Origin: Malassezia furfur
Lineage: Eukaryota
Strand: one strand, 5' to 3'
Assembly (NCBI GenBank): GCA_052055015.1
Contig: JBQJIT010000084.1
DNA length: 32,425 bases
The notes below the pieces were generated by a model. The model searched no databases. It saw only the letters and a program-made list of their open reading frames with translations, and was not told where the DNA came from. A program made the translations under genes and the position numbers. This document shows positions 26,632 through 32,425 of the stretch, piece by piece (the first letter of the stretch is position 1; every line of letters starts with the position of its first letter).

Positions 26632-29181
26632 CTACGGAATCGGCGGCGGCGTCGATGCGGGCGCCGCGATGTCGGGCGGCGGCGTGCCGGGTCGCTCGGG
26701 CAGCGCGTCCTCGGTGGGCGGCGTGGGGAGGTCCGGCTTGGTGGGCGCCGGGGGCTCGGCAGGCACTGGCGCCGCGTCCGCTTCGGCGGCCTCGGCAGGT
26801 GCCTCGGGCGCGCTGGGCGCCTCCAGCGCGCCAGGCGCGGGGCCACTCGCCGGCGCGCTGTCCGAGACGAGCTCGCTAATCACCGGCTCAGGGCGCGACC
26901 ACGACTTGAACTCGGTCCCGTACGAGCCGCTCAGCTTGCGGTCGTGGCTGGGCAGATTCGCGTACGGCGGACGGCCCGTCGTGTCGCCGTGGGGCAGCTG
27001 CGGGCGCGTCGCGTCGCCCTGCAGCACGAACCGCTGCATCTCGGTCGGGCGCGGGTTCGGCTGCATCTTGGGCGTCCACACCGCCTCGGCACGCAGCGTC
27101 GCGGGCACATGGCCCGGGCGCACGAGCGGCTCGGGCGGCTCGTCGCGCTCGCGCTCTTCGGCGCCATGGGACTCGTCGCCGATCGGGCCCGGCGACGCGT
27201 TGAGCGCAGGCGCGGGCGCCGGCGTGCGCATCGGCTGGAACTCTTGGCTGGGCGGCATGGTCAGCTGCGCACTGCGCTTCGAGCCCAGTTCTTTGCGCGG
27301 CGTGAGCAGGCGCAGGTCCCGCGCCGAGGGCGTCGACTTGAAGCCGGCGTACGTGCCCGACTCGAGCAGCGTGCCCCATGCGGGGTCGACGCGGCGGCGC
27401 GGCATGCTCGCGGCCGTCTTGCCCGAGTTGAGCATGCTCTTGGAGCGGCTGGTCGACAGCTTCATGCGCGTGCCGCCCGCATCGCTCGCGGCCGAGGTCT
27501 GTGCGTTGAGCGCGCGGTAGTGCGCGGGCGCACTGCCGTCCAGGTCGGCCTGCGCGACGCGGTCCAGGTCGCGCTTGTGGGGGGGGAAGAAGGGTGTGTT
27601 GCGGTTGATGCTCGCAGCAGCGCGCTCGCTGCCGTTCATGGACTCGTGCACCTTTTCGTCCAGCGCCTCGAACACACTGGGCGTCGAGAGGTCGTCGGGC
27701 GGCGCGTAGGCGACGTTGCCCTCCTCTTGCTGTTCGCGCAGCCACGCCGGCAGGATGCCGTGGTGCCGCCCGAGGTACGAGGGCGTCGGCGCAATCGTGG
27801 GGCCCAGCCCGGCGTACTGCACGCTGCCCGAGTCGAGCGCGTCGCCGCTGTTTTGCCGCGCCTCGTGCGCAAGGAAGCTCGACATCTTGTTGATCGAGTG
27901 CGTGCGCCGCTTCGCGTGCGTCTGCGGCGGCGCCTCTTGCCCGGTCAGCAGCCGCGGCTTGTCGCGCTCCACCTGCCCGCTCGACGAGGACAGCACCGTG
28001 AACGTCTTGGGCCGCAGCGCCTGCCGCGACGCCTTTTTCATCTCGCTCCGGGCGTTCAGCGACGCCTGGATCAGCGGGCTGACCTGCGGCAGCGACGGCG
28101 GCTGCGGCGCCGACGGCCGGTCGAACGAGGGGCGCGTCGTGAGCAGGTGCGGCGACTCGGGCGCACGCAGCGACGCACGCGACGGCTGGTGCGTGATGTC
28201 GGTATCGTCGGGGCCCGCCACGGTCGCCGACGTGCTCGGGTGCCGCTCGAGCGTCCCGGGCTGCGGCGGCAGCACCGTCGGACGCGCAAGGACCGGCTTG
28301 GGGCGCACGACCTGCGGACTCGACCGCGTCTCGGACGCGTGCTCGGTGCGTGCGTCCTCGTCGGGCAGCTGCCGCGGCGGCGCCTTGGGCACACTCACCA
28401 GCATCGGCTGGGGCAGCATCGGCGGCGGCGACGACCGCGTCGCCATCTTGGGGATGTCGGTCGCGGCACTGCTGACGCGCGACGAGCTGTGGTGCGGGCG
28501 CCACCGCCGCGACTCGGGCGGGCGAGTCTGGAGAAAGATGAGGTCCTTGTCAATCACGCGGCCCTGCTGCGCCCACGACGCGAGACGCAGCATCGCGAAA
28601 AAGTGGCCCGGCGTGAGGCCGAGCGGCAGCCGCTCAAACAGCGACATGATCTTCACCTCGTCCTCGACCGTGATCCCAAACTCGTTGCGGAGGAACTTGA
28701 CCGCAGCATGCTCGTCGAGCAGCCCGCGCCGGCGCGTGTGGGCGGGCTTGATACGCTCGACCCAGCGCCCAAACTGTACATATTCCTGGGGGCTCAGGGC
28801 CGACACATCCAGCACGCTCGGGCGCTCCGCCTGCGCCATGCGGATCTGCGTAAGCGGAGAGGACATCGTTGGTATCTGCTGCGGCGTCGTCTGGCCGGTC
28901 AGCACGGTGTCGTTCGTCTTCCACGAGGTAAACGAGTTGGACGTCGTACGAGAATGCATCGAGCCGGACGGCGGGTTGGACGACGCGTGCACATACACGG
29001 ACGGCGTCGCGGGCGCCTGCACGGGGTTGATCGGCTCGTTCCAGTAGTATGACGGTTTTTTCGCGCTCGACCTGCGCGGCTGTTGTGCGTGGATCTCGCG
29101 CGCGGCTTGGAGATCCTGCGAGGCTTTTGCTTCTAGCGCAGGTACGGCATCTGCGCCCGAGAGCGGGACCTCGTCGGCCAT
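26632..29181 (-). CDS. Proline-rich protein with an N-terminal EH/EF-hand-like domain (Scd5-like), ~849 aa
   Basis: LSPQEYVQFGRWV...AAVKFLRNEFGITVEDEVKIMSLF...LTPGHFFAMLRLASWAQQG resembles the degenerate EH-like region of Scd5/EH proteins. The remainder is S/P-rich and likely disordered. Confidence 0.6.
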   Translation of the reverse strand: MADEVPLSGADAVPALEAKASQDLQAAREIHAQQPRRSSAKKPSYYWNEPINPVQAPATPSVYVHASSNPPSGSMHSRTTSNSFTSWKTNDTVLTGQTTPQQIPTMSSPLTQIRMAQAERPSVLDVSALSPQEYVQFGRWVERIKPAHTRRRGLLDEHAAVKFLRNEFGITVEDEVKIMSLFERLPLGLTPGHFFAMLRLASWAQQGRVIDKDLIFLQTRPPESRRWRPHHSSSRVSSAATDIPKMATRSSPPPMLPQPMLVSVPKAPPRQLPDEDARTEHASETRSSPQVVRPKPVLARPTVLPPQPGTLERHPSTSATVAGPDDTDITHQPSRASLRAPESPHLLTTRPSFDRPSAPQPPSLPQVSPLIQASLNARSEMKKASRQALRPKTFTVLSSSSGQVERDKPRLLTGQEAPPQTHAKRRTHSINKMSSFLAHEARQNSGDALDSGSVQYAGLGPTIAPTPSYLGRHHGILPAWLREQQEEGNVAYAPPDDLSTPSVFEALDEKVHESMNGSERAAASINRNTPFFPPHKRDLDRVAQADLDGSAPAHYRALNAQTSAASDAGGTRMKLSTSRSKSMLNSGKTAASMPRRRVDPAWGTLLESGTYAGFKSTPSARDLRLLTPRKELGSKRSAQLTMPPSQEFQPMRTPAPAPALNASPGPIGDESHGAEERERDEPPEPLVRPGHVPATLRAEAVWTPKMQPNPRPTEMQRFVLQGDATRPQLPHGDTTGRPPYANLPSHDRKLSGSYGTEFKSWSRPEPVISELVSDSAPASGPAPGALEAPSAPEAPAEAAEADAAPVPAEPPAPTKPDLPTPPTEDALPERPGTPPPDIAAPASTPPPIP

Positions 29182-29708
29182 CAAGGTACACGTATTCACG
29201 TCCTAGTCAAACGGGTCGAAACGCGTGCCAGGGCAGGGACAGGGCAAGCGGGGTCTATCAGTCAAACAAGACAGACCGCCGTCGGTTCGCGTCAGGGGCC
29301 ACGGTCGCCACAATCGGGGCCCTTTCGATCACGTGGGCGCGCCGGGACGCAGCGCCGGCGTCCTATCGGGGCGCAGGTCCCGATGATTTGGGCCCGTTCG
29401 CGATAGTGTCCGCGGACCTGGCCACCCACGCGCGCATCGCATGCCGCATGCGATTCGTGCACCCACGCACCCACCCAACGCCGATCGGGTATCGGCTAGG
29501 CGGCCACGCAGATCCGGAGCACGGCGCGTCGCAACGTCGATCCGTCGATCCTCAGCAGGGCAAAATTCGCGCAACGTCAGGCGCCAAATTCGTGTACAGC
29601 CGCTCGCCACGCCGCACCGTCGGAGGCCCAGCGTGCCCTGCACACGCCCTGCACACGCTCCACCGCCGCGCGCTGCCATCGCACCGCGTCGTCCGTAGCG
29701 TCTTCGTA

Positions 29709-29726
29709 GCACGTGACCCGACGCGT
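29709..29726. promoter_or_regulatory. GCACGTGAC E-box plus adjacent ACGCGT (MCB-like) upstream of separase
   Basis: CACGTG at 29710-29715 and ACGCGT at 29721-29726; another CACGTG at 29330-29335. Confidence 0.45.
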
Positions 29727-29751
29727 GGGGTTGTTCTCTCGACGTGTTGCA

Positions 29752-32425
29752 ATGCCAACGCTGGCGGCGCGCGCGCCCGCACGGAGCGCAGACGGCCGCG
29801 CACCACGGCGCAAGGCCCCGGCGTTCGACGAAGTGCTGCGCCGGCTGTCCGCTGCATCGGCGCTCGAGCGGCCTGTCGTCGCGGCGGTGCTGACGCACCT
29901 TCATGCGGCCGACCTCGCGCGCTCCGTCTCTCTGTATACCAGCACCCACACGGATGTGTGTGCCGCGGGGCTCGCATGGAGCACGGACGAAATGCGCAGG
30001 ACCCACGCGAGCTCGGACGCCGCGCGCGAGCGCCACGCGAAGCAGGTCGCCAACGCCGTGCTCACGGGCCTGCAGCAGCTCACGGAGAAGCCGTCGACGG
30101 CGCGCCGGACGTCGCAGGTGGCACGTACGGACGACGGCGTGGCGGTTCACATACTAATTGACTGCTTCCGTATCGCTATGGCGACGCTCGTCACGTCTGC
30201 GTGTGCGGCTGACACGCTCGTCCACGTCGGACTGTCCGCCGTGCGCAAGCTGGACAAGGTGCAGCATGTACGTCTTGTCGCTGACCCAGCACGATGAAGC
30301 ACTGACGGAGCTGGTCGCAATCGCTTCGGTTGTGCACCCGCGCACGTCGGACGGCACAGTGCGAGCGCCGCCCGCGGTCCTGGACCGCCTATACGCGGTG
30401 CTTTCACAGCCCGGGGCGTCCTCGGCTACTTCAGCCACAGCCGCTGCCGTCGTCGAGATGCAGGCGCTTGCGGTGCACGTTGCTGCCGCCCAGATTGCAT
30501 CTGAGGCGTCTTTGGAATGGGCCGACGTCGTGCGCGTCCCAGACGGCCCGGCGGCATGGCAGGCGGCGGCACGCGCCCAGGGCATGAACGGCGCCGCGGA
30601 CCGGGCTGCCTACCTGTTCGAGCGCGCCGTGTTCCAGCAGATTGCGCCGCACCTAGCGAGCGATGCAGCGCGCCTCCAGATCAAAATGGACACGCTGATC
30701 CAGCTGAGCTTTGTGTCGCAGCTCGACGTCGAGGCGTTCTGGGACCGCGTCGCCAAGGTCACCATGGGCCACGTCCGTCGCACGGGCGATGCACACGTTG
30801 CCGACGTGCACGCGCACCTTGTGCGGCTTGTGCACGCGGCACATGCACGATGCAGTGGCACGGCATACGAGCGGCTCGGCGTTTGGTGGCTCGCGATGGC
30901 CGAAAAGGTTCGTGACTCGCTTACACAGACGGCACACCCCGCAGCGGCCGAGATCACACAACATGTACGCAATGGCGCCGACGTATCTGTGCTGCGCACC
31001 GATGGGTCAGACGTTTCACCGGCACACGCGACCGAGGCGCTCGCCGAGCTGCGCCTCGACACGCCTCCCGCTGCAGACCTTGGTGCGGCTGTGGCACAGT
31101 GGGCGGCGCAGCACGACGCGGCAAGTGCGTCCACCTGCGTTGCTGCGCTTGCATCGCTTACCGCCGTTTCAATGGACGACGCAGCGAGGGCCACGCTCGC
31201 CGCCCTCCTCCACGATACCCTCACGGACGTGCCGGCCGCGCCGCCTGTGCCCGTTCTCGACGTGCTTGCAGCGAGTGCTGCAGCGGTCGAACGGTGTGCA
31301 TGTGAGGCTGCGGTGTCGGATGCAATCCACGCACTACGTGTGGTCAGCGTCGGCCGCCTGGACGAGGCACAGCCCGCGACGTTCGGCGCGAGTCTCGACG
31401 CGCTCCAACTCGCTGCACGTCTCGCTGGATCCAGCGCGAGTCGGCGCACGTACGTATCGGACGTGGCCTTCCACATCGGTAGCCGGCTGTATGCACGCGC
31501 GGCGTACGCCCATGCGGTGCCATTTTTGCGCCTTGCATGGGATGCGGCGCACGATGCCGACGCCGACGCCGATGCGCAGGCGCAGCGGCCCCGCAAGGCG
31601 CACCTCCTCGCGGGTGCCTATCAGCACATGGGCAGCTACTCCGAAGCGTACGCTGCGTACCTGGACGCGATGCGCGCATGCCCCGCGCTCAACGATGCGG
31701 GCGACGTCGCACGCGCGCACGCGCTTCCTGACGCACTGGACGAAGGGCCTCTGGCATTGCCTGGCGCTCTGGTGCGTGGTGCACTCCACGTCGCCGTGTA
31801 CTGCCTGTTGCGGCCGACGGATGCGGCCGACCCTGCGAGCTTTGCAGCGACGTTGCGCTCGCTGGAGCTGTCGGACGCATCGTACGCAGCATGGTGCGAG
31901 TACGCTGCCCTCAACCTTGAACCACAGCTGATGCGCGACGAGACGCCCGCTGCGCTCGACGCCATGCATGCGGCGGCACTCGACGTGTACTCCGTGGATC
32001 GCTACCCCCTCCGCCGCGCGCGTGTCCTCCTAAAGATTGCGCTGTATGCTACGCTGCGCGGCAACGCACGTACAGCGGACCTCGATGCATGCCTCGCTGC
32101 GCCGCCCGCTGAAGACGCACAGCTCGCCCATCTGCGCGACGCACTGCAGGCTCTCGAGGCGATGCAGCGTGTCCTTGCGCTCATTGGCACTGCGCCAATG
32201 GGCACGACGTCACTGGATGGCGCGGCAGAGGCTGCGGCGAAGGCCCTCACCCATGTCGATGCGCACCTCGCCGGCCCCACTCCAAGCACACGCACACGCA
32301 CGCGCACGACACGCACGGCACCAACCCCAATGCCCACGCGCACGTCGGCGCGGACCGCCGGACGTACGACGCGGCCCGCCGCGCCGGCTGCGACGCCCCG
32401 CACGCGGTCGACGCGCGGAGCGGCA
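29752..32425 (+). CDS. ESP1: Separase N-terminal region (partial); exons 29752-30267, 30290->32425
   Basis: The spliced frame appears open to the window end. It contains fungal separase helical-region motifs SAVRKLDKVQH|HDEALTEL, VSDVAFHIGSRLYARAAYAHAVPFL and YPLRRARVLLK (32003-). The protease domain is outside the window. Confidence 0.8.
30268..30289 (+). other. Spliceosomal intron, 22 nt (separase)
   Basis: gtacgt-cttgtcg-ctgac-c-cag; without it the frame stops at 30295-30297. Confidence 0.9.

Noticed and set aside
31450..31482. GTACGT...TAG 33-mer in separase
   Set aside because: No branch motif, and it encodes part of the separase-like VSDVAFHIGSRLY segment.

Overview
A GC-rich, extremely gene-dense fungal chromosome segment. 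Gene content, compaction and intron structure point to a Malassezia-type basidiomycete yeast (inference; species not determinable here). I reconstruct 21 protein-coding genes, two truncated by the window edges: INCENP-like (partial), VAM7, TUP1, PWI/SRm160-like, PRS, SPB4, LAM/Ysp2-like, AN1 zinc finger, LCL2, VPS74, a 4-TM hypothetical, PI31, UTP22, a YGL242C-like ankyrin protein, a single-TM hypothetical, HYPK, ILV2, a cyclin T/K-type cyclin, TFIP11/Ntr1, an Scd5-like EH-domain protein, and separase (partial). I saw no RNA genes, transposons or CRISPR arrays. The most striking signal is a miniaturised gene-expression grammar. Fifteen spliceosomal introns are only 22-35 nt long (14 of them 22-27 nt), with GTRYGT donors and the branch A almost fixed at -6 from the 3' AG. 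Convergent genes are separated by only 7-31 bp. CACGTG recurs in short promoters, and stop codons are TAG-biased with RTAG-rich 3' ends. Protein-level oddities are a His-rich insertion in the PRS catalytic loop, natural sulfonylurea-resistance-type residues in ILV2, and a possible splice-mediated in-frame fusion of the Scd5-like gene to TFIP11. Protein identities come from my recognition of motifs, not from database searches.
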